Shown here: positions 8,619 through 17,710 of the stretch, piece after piece
Layout of the letters: every line of letters starts with the position of its first letter
How positions within the stretch are numbered: the first letter of the stretch is position 1
Assembly (NCBI RefSeq): GCF_000025945.1
Contig: NC_006138.1
Span: forward strand, 690,001-722,000
Length of the DNA stretch: 32,000 bases
Source: Desulfotalea psychrophila LSv54
Lineage (GTDB): Bacteria > Desulfobacterota > Desulfobulbia > Desulfobulbales > Desulfocapsaceae
Reading direction: 5' to 3'
The notes under the pieces: model-generated
What the model was told of the DNA's origin: nothing
The model's input: the letters and a program-made list of their open reading frames with translations, nothing else
Databases searched by the model: none
Program-made: the position numbers and the translations under genes

Positions 8619-10307
8619 ATGCTCAGCTTTCACCAACCAATATGGATCGCCCTGGGAATAGCCCTCTCTTTCTCCCTGATAGTCCTCTCCTACCTGCGGG
8701 AGCGCTCACAAAAAAGGCTTCTACGAACCTTTGCCAGTGCGCAAATGGAGCAACGACTGGTAAAAAATATTTCACCGAGCAGAAGACGGTTCAAATTAGG
8801 CCTGATTCTCCTGGCCCTCATTCTCCTCTGTACTGCCCTGGCAAGACCGCAGTACGGCTTTCGCTGGGTTGATGTCCAACGCAGAGGGATTGATATTCTC
8901 TTTGCCATAGATACCTCCCGCTCAATGCTGAGCCAGGATCTAAAGCCGAACCGCCTCGAACGGGCCCGCTATGCAGTCATGGACTTTGTCGCCACCCTGG
9001 GCGGAGACAGGGTGGGACTTATCCCCTTTGCCGGATCAAGCTATCTTATGTGCCCCCTGACCCTTGACTACCAGGCATTTACCGACTCCCTTAAGGCCCT
9101 TGACACCAAGATCATCCCAAGGAGGGGAACAAATATAGCGAAGGTAATAGCCCTGGCCGAAAAAACAGTGGCCGATAGCAGCAACCATAAAATTCTTATT
9201 ATCCTCACCGATGGAGAAAACCTTCAGGGAGACGTCTTAAAGGCAGCAGATCTTGCTAAAAAAAATGGTCTTACCATCTACACCATTGGTGTTGGCACCG
9301 CGGCAGGCGAACTGATTCCCGGTGGACCAGGTGGAGCCTTCATAAGAGACAGTTCGGGCAAATACGTTAAATCAAAACTGGATGAAGAGACCCTGCAGGA
9401 GATAGCAGAAAAAACGGGTGGTATCTCTGTTCTCCTTGGCAATAACAATCAGGGTTTGAAAAAAATTTATACCGACAAGCTTAGATTTATTCCCAAAAAA
9501 GAGCTCAGGGAACAGCGGGAGAAACTGCCCATTGAGCGTTTTTACTGGCCCCTCTCCATGGCCCTTATCCTCCTGGCCAGTGAATTCCTCATTGCAGAGG
9601 GAAGCAGAGGGCGCAGATCATCAAAAAAAACCCTGAAAATATTCAGCTTTTTAGCCATCATCTCTATACTGGGCCTGATAGCAGTAAAGTCCTACGCGGG
9701 TGAGGGAGAGGATGCTTATAATCGAGCAGACTATGCGGGAGCCCAAAAAATATACAAGTCCCTCCTCAAGGGAAGTCCTGATGATCCTCAGCTCCAGTAC
9801 AATATGGGAACAGCTGCCTATAAGAACGGGGAGATTGATACTGCCATTCTTCAGTTTAAAAAGTGTCTCCAAACAGAGGATGTAGAACTGCAAAAGAGGG
9901 CATACTATAATCTTGGCACCAGCTACTACCAAAAGGGAAAAAAATCCTCGGATACAGAACCATTGGAAGAGGCAATCAAAGCCTATGACTCTTGTCTGAA
10001 ACTCGACTCTGCAAATAGCGCTGCCAAAAAAAACAGGGCCATTGTTGAGGAGGAGTTAAAGAAGCGACAGAAGAAGCAGACCCAACAGAACCACAGAACC
10101 ATCAGAACCATCAGAACCTACAGAGCCAACAGAACCAACAGAACCAACAGAACCAACAGAACCAACAGAACCAACAGAACCAACAGAACCAACAGAACCA
10201 AAAAAACAGTAGCCCTAAAGGTCAAGAAAATTCCTCCGGACAGAAACAAAATTCTGGAGAGCAGGCAGAGATGGAGAGGCAGGCCAAGCCTGGAGGAGAG
10301 GCAATGA
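8619..10307 (+). CDS. batB: BatB/BatC-like fusion: TM + VWA domain + 2 TM + TPR repeats + low-complexity repeat. The 3' end appears frameshifted (see findings), so it could be annotated as a pseudogene
   Basis: ATG at 8619 (MLSFHQPIWIALG..., parallel to the BatA N-terminus); TTG at 8607 is an alternative start. MIDAS FAIDTSRSM, ILTDGENLQG, then TPR-like AYNRADYAGAQKIYKSLL..., YYNLGTSYYQKG. After nt ~10094 this frame encodes NRT repeats and an unconvincing tail. Confidence 0.8.
   Translation: MLSFHQPIWIALGIALSFSLIVLSYLRERSQKRLLRTFASAQMEQRLVKNISPSRRRFKLGLILLALILLCTALARPQYGFRWVDVQRRGIDILFAIDTSRSMLSQDLKPNRLERARYAVMDFVATLGGDRVGLIPFAGSSYLMCPLTLDYQAFTDSLKALDTKIIPRRGTNIAKVIALAEKTVADSSNHKILIILTDGENLQGDVLKAADLAKKNGLTIYTIGVGTAAGELIPGGPGGAFIRDSSGKYVKSKLDEETLQEIAEKTGGISVLLGNNNQGLKKIYTDKLRFIPKKELREQREKLPIERFYWPLSMALILLASEFLIAEGSRGRRSSKKTLKIFSFLAIISILGLIAVKSYAGEGEDAYNRADYAGAQKIYKSLLKGSPDDPQLQYNMGTAAYKNGEIDTAILQFKKCLQTEDVELQKRAYYNLGTSYYQKGKKSSDTEPLEEAIKAYDSCLKLDSANSAAKKNRAIVEEELKKRQKKQTQQNHRTIRTIRTYRANRTNRTNRTNRTNRTNRTNRTNRTKKTVALKVKKIPPDRNKILESRQRWRGRPSLEERQ
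10086..10201. repeat. Tandem 9-bp repeat CAGAACCAA, about 13 units. The last 8 are perfect and the first unit has only 8 nt
   Basis: Read directly: cagaacca | cagaaccat | cagaaccat | cagaaccta | cagagccaa | (cagaaccaa)x8, then an A-run. Confidence 0.95.
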
Positions 10308-10418
10308 CTAAAAAAGAGGCCCAGAGACTCCTTAATGCCCTACGAGCTGAAGAGGGTAAGCTAAACTTTGTCCCAAAAAGATCGGGCAGTTACCCCGTTG
10401 AAAAAAAATGGTAATTCC

Positions 10419-12149
10419 ATGAAATATATTACATACACCGTTTTCATATTACTTCTCTTTTCTCAGGTCTGTTTTGCCCAGAACCCGACCATAGAGATGA
10501 GTATAAGCCCCCGCGAGTTTAACCTCCAAGAGCAGGCCGTTCTCACCATTAGGATCGAGGGACAACAGTCTATAAACCTGTCTCTTCCCGAAGTGGCAGG
10601 TCTCACCTTGCAAAACCGGGGGACCTCAACCAGTGTCAACTTTATCAATGGTGCCTTCTCTGCCTCCTCCTCAACCAGCTATACAGTTAAGGCAAGTCAG
10701 GAGGGAAGCTATACTATCCCCCCCATTAGGATAGAGATCTCCGGTAAGGAGTATAGCACCAGGCCCCTGCAGTTCCGCGTCCATCCAGCTCAAAGGCAAA
10801 TAGAAAAGGGCGCAACAGAGAGCGGCGAAATTGCCTTTTTTAAGATAGAATCTCCGGGAAGACACTATGTCGGCGAGTCTGTCCCACTGAGCATCGATGT
10901 TTTTTTTAACGGAGATTATCGAAGCAAAATTGACTATACCCCCCAACTGATAGGGGAGGGACTCCTTATGCCACCCATAAAGGAGAAGCCAGAGCAGTCC
11001 CAGGTAAACCTTAATGGCAAAAACTATACCCGCGTCCATTGGCAGACAAATATTACAGGAATAAGGGCAGGAACCTACCCCATAAGATTTAAAATGGGAC
11101 TGAGTGTCTACTCCCAACAGAGACAGTCCCCCTTGGCCAATAATTTTAAAGACCCCTTCTTCAACTCTTTTTTTAATAACAACAGAAGGGTTCCCTTAGA
11201 AATTTCAAGTGACGAGATAGCCCTTTCCCTTATAGAACTTCCCTTAAAGGGAAGGCCTGAAAAATTTTCCGGAGCCGTTGGCATATTCAAGGTAGAGGTA
11301 AGGGCAGATGCTGCCATCGCCGACATAGGTCAACCTGTGACCCTCAGCGCAACTATCAGTGGTAGGGGAAATTTTGATGGAGTCATGGCCCCTGTTTTTC
11401 CACAGACAGAGGCTTGGAAAGCCTACTCCCCAACCCCTGTTCAGGGGGGTGGAAACAAAAACTTTAACCAGGTCATTGTCCCGGAAGATGTTTCCATTAA
11501 AGAGATTCCCTCTCTCTCCTTTAACTACTTTGATCCCGAAAAAAGAAGATATGAGCAGATAAAAACAGCAGCCATTCCAATTACCATCAAGGGCTCCGCC
11601 GAAGCTCCCGCCCCAGAAGCAGCAGTGCCCATGCCAGAGGTCGTGCCCAAGGTCCTTTCCCCGGAAAAGAGGTTTCCCAACCTGCTCCCCCAGTACGAGG
11701 TAAGCGGTGGCTTTCATGAAAAGATCGCGCCCCTATTTATGAACAGATGGATAGAGGCTACATTTATCTGCTTAGTCCTGTTGGTTTTTATCTTGGCTAT
11801 CCTGCGTCTCTACCTCTACATCCGGAATAAAAATCCACAGAGAGAGAGAAGAACTCTTCGCAAAAAACTCGCCCGAAGGGCATTGGCTGAACTAGAAGAG
11901 GCCCTGCAGGGAGATGACCCATCTGCCTTTTTAAGGATCTCTCAAAAAGCCATCCAACAACATTGCGCCCTCCTTCTGGATCTGGACCCAGCGACAATTA
12001 CGGCGTCGACCCTTAGAGAAAAAACAGAGGGGCGGACATATATTGAAATTTTGGAGAGAGCGGATAGGGCCAGATATGGTGCTGAAAGCCTCAGCGCTCA
12101 GGAAATGAAGGTTTACCTCTCTACTTTAGAAAAGGAATTTTATTTATGA
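10419..12149 (+). CDS. batD: BatD-like protein (secreted / oxygen-tolerance family) with a C-terminal TM anchor
   Basis: Start at the ATG at 10419 (MKYITYTVFILLLFSQVCFAQNP, a signal peptide). The track's TTG at 10368 lies inside the out-of-frame BatB/C tail. Large beta-rich domain, a Pro/Ala linker, TM ATFICLVLLVFILAILRLYLY, and a position after BatB/C. Confidence 0.8.
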   Translation: MKYITYTVFILLLFSQVCFAQNPTIEMSISPREFNLQEQAVLTIRIEGQQSINLSLPEVAGLTLQNRGTSTSVNFINGAFSASSSTSYTVKASQEGSYTIPPIRIEISGKEYSTRPLQFRVHPAQRQIEKGATESGEIAFFKIESPGRHYVGESVPLSIDVFFNGDYRSKIDYTPQLIGEGLLMPPIKEKPEQSQVNLNGKNYTRVHWQTNITGIRAGTYPIRFKMGLSVYSQQRQSPLANNFKDPFFNSFFNNNRRVPLEISSDEIALSLIELPLKGRPEKFSGAVGIFKVEVRADAAIADIGQPVTLSATISGRGNFDGVMAPVFPQTEAWKAYSPTPVQGGGNKNFNQVIVPEDVSIKEIPSLSFNYFDPEKRRYEQIKTAAIPITIKGSAEAPAPEAAVPMPEVVPKVLSPEKRFPNLLPQYEVSGGFHEKIAPLFMNRWIEATFICLVLLVFILAILRLYLYIRNKNPQRERRTLRKKLARRALAELEEALQGDDPSAFLRISQKAIQQHCALLLDLDPATITASTLREKTEGRTYIEILERADRARYGAESLSAQEMKVYLSTLEKEFYL

Positions 12150-12871
12150 AAACCATAGTCCTGACTCTCTGGAGTCTGCTCCTCTTGGTAACAGCTGTTC
12201 AGGCAAGACCTCTTGACGAGGCAAACAGACACTTTGCCGCAGGAGAGTTCGCCAGAGCCATTTCTCTCTATGAAAATATTGAGAAGCAAGAGGGTTTCTC
12301 GATGGAACTTCTTTTTAATCAGGCAAACGCCTATGCTCAATTGGGGAAGACGGGTAGAGCAGTACTCTACTATCAACGCGCCCTTCGCCTTGATCCGGGT
12401 AATGCTAATATTATTAAGAACCTTCAGCTAGTGGAAAAAGAGGCAGGACTTTTTAGCAAGGAGGAGAATAGCCTGAAACAGCTTATCTCTTTTGTGGGAA
12501 TTAACAACTGGACAATACTCAGCCTCCTCCTCTTTCTGCCAATCATTTTGGTGCTGATCTTTTGGCAGAAAATGTCCAGAAAAAAGGCTCTTGCCATTAT
12601 TTGTAGTTCAGTTATTGCCATGCTTCTCTCTAGCGAAGCAACGGCAATAAGTTATCAACAATGGCCCATCTATGTGCTTGTAGAGGAAAGCAGAAATTTA
12701 TTGATAAGTCCTTTTGAGAATGCAGCGTCAGCAGGACTTATCAAAGAGGGCGGGATGATACTTGTCCATAAAAGATATGGCAAATACAGCTACATAGAGG
12801 ACAAAAACGACCAAGGTGGCTGGGTTAAAAGCAAGGCTCTCAGGGCAGTAATCTTAGACCCGGCTTCTTAA
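12146..12871 (+). CDS. batE: BatE-like protein: signal peptide, TPR repeats, TMs, C-terminal SH3b-like domain
   Basis: The ATG overlaps the BatD stop (ATGA), with AAGGA upstream. TPR-like FNQANAYAQLGKTGRAVLYYQRALRLDPGN. The C-terminal GKYSYIEDKNDQGGWVKSKAL resembles bacterial SH3. Confidence 0.75.
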   Translation: MKTIVLTLWSLLLLVTAVQARPLDEANRHFAAGEFARAISLYENIEKQEGFSMELLFNQANAYAQLGKTGRAVLYYQRALRLDPGNANIIKNLQLVEKEAGLFSKEENSLKQLISFVGINNWTILSLLLFLPIILVLIFWQKMSRKKALAIICSSVIAMLLSSEATAISYQQWPIYVLVEESRNLLISPFENAASAGLIKEGGMILVHKRYGKYSYIEDKNDQGGWVKSKALRAVILDPAS

Positions 12872-13545
12872 AAAAAAATTTTTTCTAACACAGTATCAGC
12901 AACCTCATTGATGGTAAGCACCCCTGTATTTATCAACAGGGCATCATCTGCCTGCTTCAAAGGGGCAATAACTCGCTTAATATCATTTGAATCGCGCATA
13001 ATTGTCTGCTGTAAAATTTCTGGATAATCCGCCACCTCTCCTCGGGCAAGAATCTGTTGATAACGCCTTGTAGCCCGAACCTCGGCATCGGCATCCAGAT
13101 AAAACTTATAATGAGCCTTGGGAAAAACAACCGTTCCCATATCCCTTCCCTCGGCAACCACCCTGCCTCTCTCTCCCAACTCCCGTTGCAGCATTGTCAG
13201 CTTGTTTCGAACAACGGCAAGAGCCGAGACCCGAGAGGCCAGCATCCCTGATTCAGGAGTACGAATACGACGACTGACATCAACTCCCTGAACAAGCACC
13301 CCCGTATCATCCGTTGTCTCCGATGCCGGTAGAAGTTCTAATTCAATATCTTTCAGAGCAGAGGCAATATCCTCTTCACTGTTCAGATCTATCCCCCTAT
13401 CCACCAGATAAATTGCCACAGCCCTATACATTGCCCCCGTATCAAGATAGGAATATGAAAGTTCTGCCGCCACCCTTCTACTCACCGTCGATTTGCCAAC
13501 ACCAGCTGGCCCATCAATGGTTACAACATCAATTGATTTAGACAT
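12868..13545 (-). CDS. cmk: Cytidylate kinase
   Basis: 225 aa. IDGPAGVGKSTVSRRVA P-loop, LDTGAMYRA, and GRDMGTVVFP are all characteristic of Cmk. Confidence 0.93.
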   Translation of the reverse strand: MSKSIDVVTIDGPAGVGKSTVSRRVAAELSYSYLDTGAMYRAVAIYLVDRGIDLNSEEDIASALKDIELELLPASETTDDTGVLVQGVDVSRRIRTPESGMLASRVSALAVVRNKLTMLQRELGERGRVVAEGRDMGTVVFPKAHYKFYLDADAEVRATRRYQQILARGEVADYPEILQQTIMRDSNDIKRVIAPLKQADDALLINTGVLTINEVADTVLEKIFF

Positions 13546-14650
13546 AATTAAGCTCTTTTAAACAGTCTGAGAGCGCCTTTAAAAAACGTTTGTTTTCAAC
13601 GGTTGTACCAACAGTAACGCGAATATAGTGAGGATATCCATAGGCACTCATGGAGCGGATAATCACACCTTTGTACAGCATCTCTGTATATAGTTTATCA
13701 GCATTACCTTGAACATCAATAAGAAAAAAATTCGTCTGTGAGGCAAAAGGCTCGCAACCAAGACCTTTTATCTCTTTCATCAACCACTTCATCCCCTGAC
13801 GATTTTTCAACAGGGTCTGCTCGTAAAAATCAACATCGCCAAGAGCGGCCAAAGCCCCTACCTGGGCAAGAGAGTTCACATTAAAAGGCTGACGCACCTT
13901 ATGCAAACAGGTAACAATCTCCTCTGCCATCAGACCAAAACCCACCCGCAAACCTGATAAGCCATAGGCCTTTGAAAATGTTCGCAGAGAAACAATGCCA
14001 CAGCGTCCCGCCTGATTTTTAATAAGGGAGGGCACATCCAGCCACTTATCCAGATCCATAAAATCTACATAGGCCTCATCGAGGACCAGAATAACATGCT
14101 CAGGCAGGCTGTTGATAAAATCGATGAGAAGTTCGGGCTCCAGATAGGTACCCGTTGGATTATTGGGATTATCAATAAAGATAAGACGAGTCTTCTCGTT
14201 TACCGTATCAAGAATTGTCTGAAGGTCATGGTGCATATCCTTTAAAGGAATAACCCGATTTACCCCGCCCCGTACCTGAACAAATTTTTGATACATAAGA
14301 AAGGAGGGATGACTGGTAATAACCTCACTGTCATCCTGAACAAAGGCCTTAACCAAAAACTCTATAACCTCATTAGAGCCATTACCAAGAATAATCTCAG
14401 ACATGCCAACCCCGGCATACTTGGCAATGGCCTCGGTCAGATAGTAGGCAGAACCATCGGGGTAGCGTTGCATATCACCAAGACTCTCGCCAATGGCCTT
14501 TATGGCCTTAGGCGATGCCCCCCAGGGATTTTCATTGGACGCAAGTTTAATAGAATCTGTAATTCCATACTCACGCTCCAGCTCATCAAGGGGTTTTCCC
14601 GGTGGATAGGGCTTTATATTTTCTATATTCTCAGGAATATCTAACTTCAA
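13538..14650 (-). CDS. hisC: Histidinol-phosphate aminotransferase (class II aminotransferase)
   Basis: KPYPPGKP..., SNENPWG, and the PLP-lysine region TFSKAYGLSGLRVGF. Start chosen at the TTG at 14650, 6 nt after AAGGAG. The GTG at 14677 in the ORF track has no SD and is the alternative. Confidence 0.88.
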   Translation of the reverse strand: MKLDIPENIENIKPYPPGKPLDELEREYGITDSIKLASNENPWGASPKAIKAIGESLGDMQRYPDGSAYYLTEAIAKYAGVGMSEIILGNGSNEVIEFLVKAFVQDDSEVITSHPSFLMYQKFVQVRGGVNRVIPLKDMHHDLQTILDTVNEKTRLIFIDNPNNPTGTYLEPELLIDFINSLPEHVILVLDEAYVDFMDLDKWLDVPSLIKNQAGRCGIVSLRTFSKAYGLSGLRVGFGLMAEEIVTCLHKVRQPFNVNSLAQVGALAALGDVDFYEQTLLKNRQGMKWLMKEIKGLGCEPFASQTNFFLIDVQGNADKLYTEMLYKGVIIRSMSAYGYPHYIRVTVGTTVENKRFLKALSDCLKELNYV

Positions 14651-14707
14651 GGCAATCTCCTTTTGAAACAGTGGCACTGTGGAACAAATAATGGGGCAAA
14701 GAGCCTT

Positions 14708-14750
14708 TAAAAAAAATAATCCGTATATAGATCGACTATATATGGATTAT
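14708..14750 (-). terminator. Intrinsic terminator downstream of gatA (minus strand)
   Basis: 14-bp stem ATAATCCGTATATA / TATATATGGATTAT (one G-U pair) followed on the minus strand by U8 (plus-strand A-run 14709-14716). Confidence 0.7.
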
Positions 14751-14778
14751 TGATCTTCTCGTCACCCTCTCTCATCCA

Positions 14779-16236
14779 TTAGAAATCAAGTTTTCCAGGC
14801 TGGATGGCAAGTAACTTTTCAAGGTTATAGGCAACCTTCAACAGGATCTCCTCCTGAAAATGTGATCCCTGTAGCTGAATGCCAACGGGAAGACCATCTT
14901 CCGTGAATCCACCAGGAACAGACATACCGGGGATACCGGCAAGGTTTGCCGAAACGGTCATGATATCTGAAAGATAAATGGCCAATGGATCATCGGACTT
15001 TGCCCCCAGTTTCCAAGCAGGAGTAGGAGTTACAGGAGAGAGGAGCACATCACAGGATCTGTATGCATTCTTAAAATCTTCAATGATAAGGGTACGCACC
15101 TGAGATGCCTTCTTATAGTAGGCATCATAATAACCGGAGGAGAGGGCATATGTACCGATAAGGATACGCTTCTTCACCTCGTCACCAAATCCTGCCGAGC
15201 GCGTGTCCTTATACATATCTTCCAGAGTCTTCGACTCCAGATCCCGATATCCATAGAGGGCACCATCATATCGGGAGAGATTAGTACTTGCCTCGGCGGG
15301 GGCAATCAAATAGTAGACGGCTACACAGTATTCGGTATGCGGCAGGGAGACATCAACAATCTCCGCGCCAGCACTGGCCAAAACTGCAATGGCGTTACGA
15401 ACTACTTTCTCCACCTCGGAATCAAGGCCCTTGGCAAAATATTCTTTAGGGATTCCAATGCGCAATCCTTTAACCCCCTCAACAAGAGAGGCTGTATAAT
15501 CAGGCACCTCCTGGTTGATAGAGGTAGAATCCATGGGGTCATAACCACAGATACTGTTCATAACCAGAGCTGTATCGGCAACCGTTCGACAGAGGGGACC
15601 GGCCTGATCAAGAGAAGAGGCAAAGGCGGTTAAACCGTAACGGGAAACACGACCATAGGTGGGTTTCATTCCCACCACCCCACAGAGAGCAGCAGGTTGT
15701 CTAATGGAACCACCGGTATCGGTGCCGATGGAAAAGAAACATTCCTGAGCCGCAACCGTCACAGCGGAACCACCGGATGAACCACCGGCAACATACCCCT
15801 CTTTCCAAGGATTTTGAGGCACGCCGAAGGCACAGGTTTCAGAGGTCGATCCCATGGCAAACTCATCCATGGTTACCTTTCCTAAATTTACAGCGCCTGC
15901 CCCCTGCAACTTATCAACAATCGTTGCATTATAAGGTGCTATAAATTTTTCCAACATCTTGGAACCACAGGTCATTGGCAAATCTTTCACTGCCAACAGA
16001 TCCTTAATAGACATGGGGATACCGCAGAGAGGATTTGTCTCTCCATTTTGCAGGGCCTTATCGGCAGCCTTTGCCTGGGCAAGAGCACCTTCCTCGTCTA
16101 CTGTTATAAAACCCTTAACTCTATCCTCAACATCTCCAATTCTTTGGAGACAACTCTGAGTGAGTTCCACAGAGCTAATATCTCCTGCTCGAAGTTTTGC
16201 TGCGGCCTCTTCTATGCTGAGTTCGTACGCTTTCAT
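14779..16236 (-). CDS. gatA: Asp-tRNA(Asn)/Glu-tRNA(Gln) amidotransferase subunit A
   Basis: 485 aa with the amidase signature GGSSGGSAV and S-cisS-K family motifs. Lies directly downstream of gatC. Confidence 0.95.
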   Translation of the reverse strand: MKAYELSIEEAAAKLRAGDISSVELTQSCLQRIGDVEDRVKGFITVDEEGALAQAKAADKALQNGETNPLCGIPMSIKDLLAVKDLPMTCGSKMLEKFIAPYNATIVDKLQGAGAVNLGKVTMDEFAMGSTSETCAFGVPQNPWKEGYVAGGSSGGSAVTVAAQECFFSIGTDTGGSIRQPAALCGVVGMKPTYGRVSRYGLTAFASSLDQAGPLCRTVADTALVMNSICGYDPMDSTSINQEVPDYTASLVEGVKGLRIGIPKEYFAKGLDSEVEKVVRNAIAVLASAGAEIVDVSLPHTEYCVAVYYLIAPAEASTNLSRYDGALYGYRDLESKTLEDMYKDTRSAGFGDEVKKRILIGTYALSSGYYDAYYKKASQVRTLIIEDFKNAYRSCDVLLSPVTPTPAWKLGAKSDDPLAIYLSDIMTVSANLAGIPGMSVPGGFTEDGLPVGIQLQGSHFQEEILLKVAYNLEKLLAIQPGKLDF

Positions 16237-16297
16237 ATTTTCCTCAAAAAAAACAGATCAAAATTCGTATATCATCCACAGAATTATTCCACTAATA

Positions 16298-16582
16298 CTA
16301 GATAACTCGTGGCACTTGAAAGGCCGTACCATTTTGCACAGGACCATTGGCAAGTGATTCTTCCTGAGATAAAGAGTCTTTTACTATATCTTCACGAAAG
16401 GCATTTGTTTTAGAAAATGCATGGGTTGTGGGTAGAACACCCTCGGTATCTACTTCAGCCAATTTTTCCATATAGGACAAAATACCATCAAGTTGTTCTG
16501 TCATGCTTGCCAACTCATCTTGATCAAGGTGCAATCGTGAAAGATGAGCTACGTGTTGTACTTCTTTTTCTGAAATTTTCAT
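16298..16582 (-). CDS. gatC: Asp-tRNA(Asn)/Glu-tRNA(Gln) amidotransferase subunit C
   Basis: 94 aa. MKISEKEVQHVAHLSRLHLDQDE... is a typical GatC N-terminus. Positioned upstream of gatA. Confidence 0.9.
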   Translation of the reverse strand: MKISEKEVQHVAHLSRLHLDQDELASMTEQLDGILSYMEKLAEVDTEGVLPTTHAFSKTNAFREDIVKDSLSQEESLANGPVQNGTAFQVPRVI

Positions 16583-16585
16583 GTC

Positions 16586-17710
16586 TTACCCTGTATAATT
16601 CAGATAACAGTCAAGAGGCTTATCTGCCTCAAATTTTCCACTTAGCGTAAAATCAACAATACTTCTGGAAAAATATTTTACAATGTCAGCGTCAAATTGA
16701 GTTCCAGAACATCTCTCAAGCTCTGCCACCGCCTGTTCTCTTGTCATATTTTCTTTATAATTACGATGAGATGTCATCGCATCATAACTATCAACAACCG
16801 TTAAGATACGTGTCAGTTCATCAATCTCGTGCCCCCTTAAACCGGCAGGGTACCCCTTCCCATCCATTCTTTCATGGTGATGACGAATAATAGCAATCTC
16901 TTTATCCATAAAACCTAAGGGTTCTATAATACTGGCCCCCACTTCCGGATGTTTCTTTATCAAGGCCCACTCGTCATCGGTTAACTTGCCCGCCTTTTGA
17001 ATACAGGAGAGATCTATAACAAGTTTACCGATATCATGAAACTGAGCAGCTCTTCGCAATATAGCAATATCCGATTCTGATATTCCCATGGAAAGACCAA
17101 GCATAACTGCATATTCAGTTACTCTAGTCGTATGACCCGCTGTATAATAATCCTTCTCCTCCATGGCATTTTGCAAACTTGCCATAAGCTGAACAGTCGC
17201 ATTTTTAATGCTTTTATTATAAGAGGTTAACAGTTTGTTTTGTTTTTCAAGCTGAGCTGTCTTGATGCGTATCTCATGTTCCAGAGATTTTTTATACTCC
17301 TGTTCCCGAAGAATATAGGCGCGCTTCTCCACAGCTCTCTTTATCTGAATATTAAATAGATCCAGATCTTTAATGGGTTTCGTTAAAAAATCATAGGCCC
17401 CCATATTAATGGCCTTAACGGCATAATCCATAGAGCCGGCACCGGTTAAAAAAAGAATGGGAATATTAAAACCCAACTTTTCTATAGCATCCATGGTTTC
17501 AAAACCATTAAGATCAGGCATGTTGATATCTAAGACAATAACATCAAAGCTATCATCTACCTTAGATATAGCCTCTCCGCCACATGAAGCCAACTCAACC
17601 TCATAGCCGTAAACCCCGAGTATTTCTGAGATGGTTTCCCGGACAATAGCATCATCATCAGCTATCAACACCTTCGCCTTTTTCTTAAATAATTCTTTAA
17701 TATCTTTCAT
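16586..17710 (-). CDS. Response regulator with REC domain + coiled-coil linker + HD-GYP domain (c-di-GMP phosphodiesterase type, RpfG-like)
   Basis: 374 aa. REC acidic pocket LIADDD and phospho-acceptor region VIVLDINMPDLNG. HD-GYP motifs HDIGK and HHERMDGKGYP. Confidence 0.9.
   Translation of the reverse strand: MKDIKELFKKKAKVLIADDDAIVRETISEILGVYGYEVELASCGGEAISKVDDSFDVIVLDINMPDLNGFETMDAIEKLGFNIPILFLTGAGSMDYAVKAINMGAYDFLTKPIKDLDLFNIQIKRAVEKRAYILREQEYKKSLEHEIRIKTAQLEKQNKLLTSYNKSIKNATVQLMASLQNAMEEKDYYTAGHTTRVTEYAVMLGLSMGISESDIAILRRAAQFHDIGKLVIDLSCIQKAGKLTDDEWALIKKHPEVGASIIEPLGFMDKEIAIIRHHHERMDGKGYPAGLRGHEIDELTRILTVVDSYDAMTSHRNYKENMTREQAVAELERCSGTQFDADIVKYFSRSIVDFTLSGKFEADKPLDCYLNYTG

Noticed and set aside
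7647-8636. 150-aa and 148-aa minus-strand ORFs, and several plus-strand off-frame ORFs, within batA
   Set aside because: These are shadow ORFs opposite a VWA gene with an intact MIDAS motif. Their composition is Gly/Pro/Ala-skewed and they have no start context.
10199-10208. Programmed -1 ribosomal frameshift or transcriptional slippage at the A7 run (CAAAAAAAC) as the way into the tail frame
   Set aside because: This is possible in principle because the -1 frame is the tail frame. However, the codon phasing does not give a canonical X_XXY_YYZ heptamer, and I see no downstream stimulatory structure. The 8-nt first repeat unit offers a simpler explanation. It is kept only as an alternative within the frameshift finding.
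10095-10307. Reading the tandem repeat as a genuine (NRT)n protein repeat with the tail ...KKIPPDRNKILESRQRWRGRPSLEERQ
   Set aside because: The first repeat unit is 1 nt short. The shifted frame gives a Q/N-rich spacer and a Bat-type conserved tail that is open for 122 codons. The NRT reading is therefore most likely the product of a frameshift.
10671-11717. 148-aa and 157-aa minus-strand ORFs inside batD
   Set aside because: They are antisense to a gene whose frame carries a signal peptide and sits in operon context. I see no motifs.
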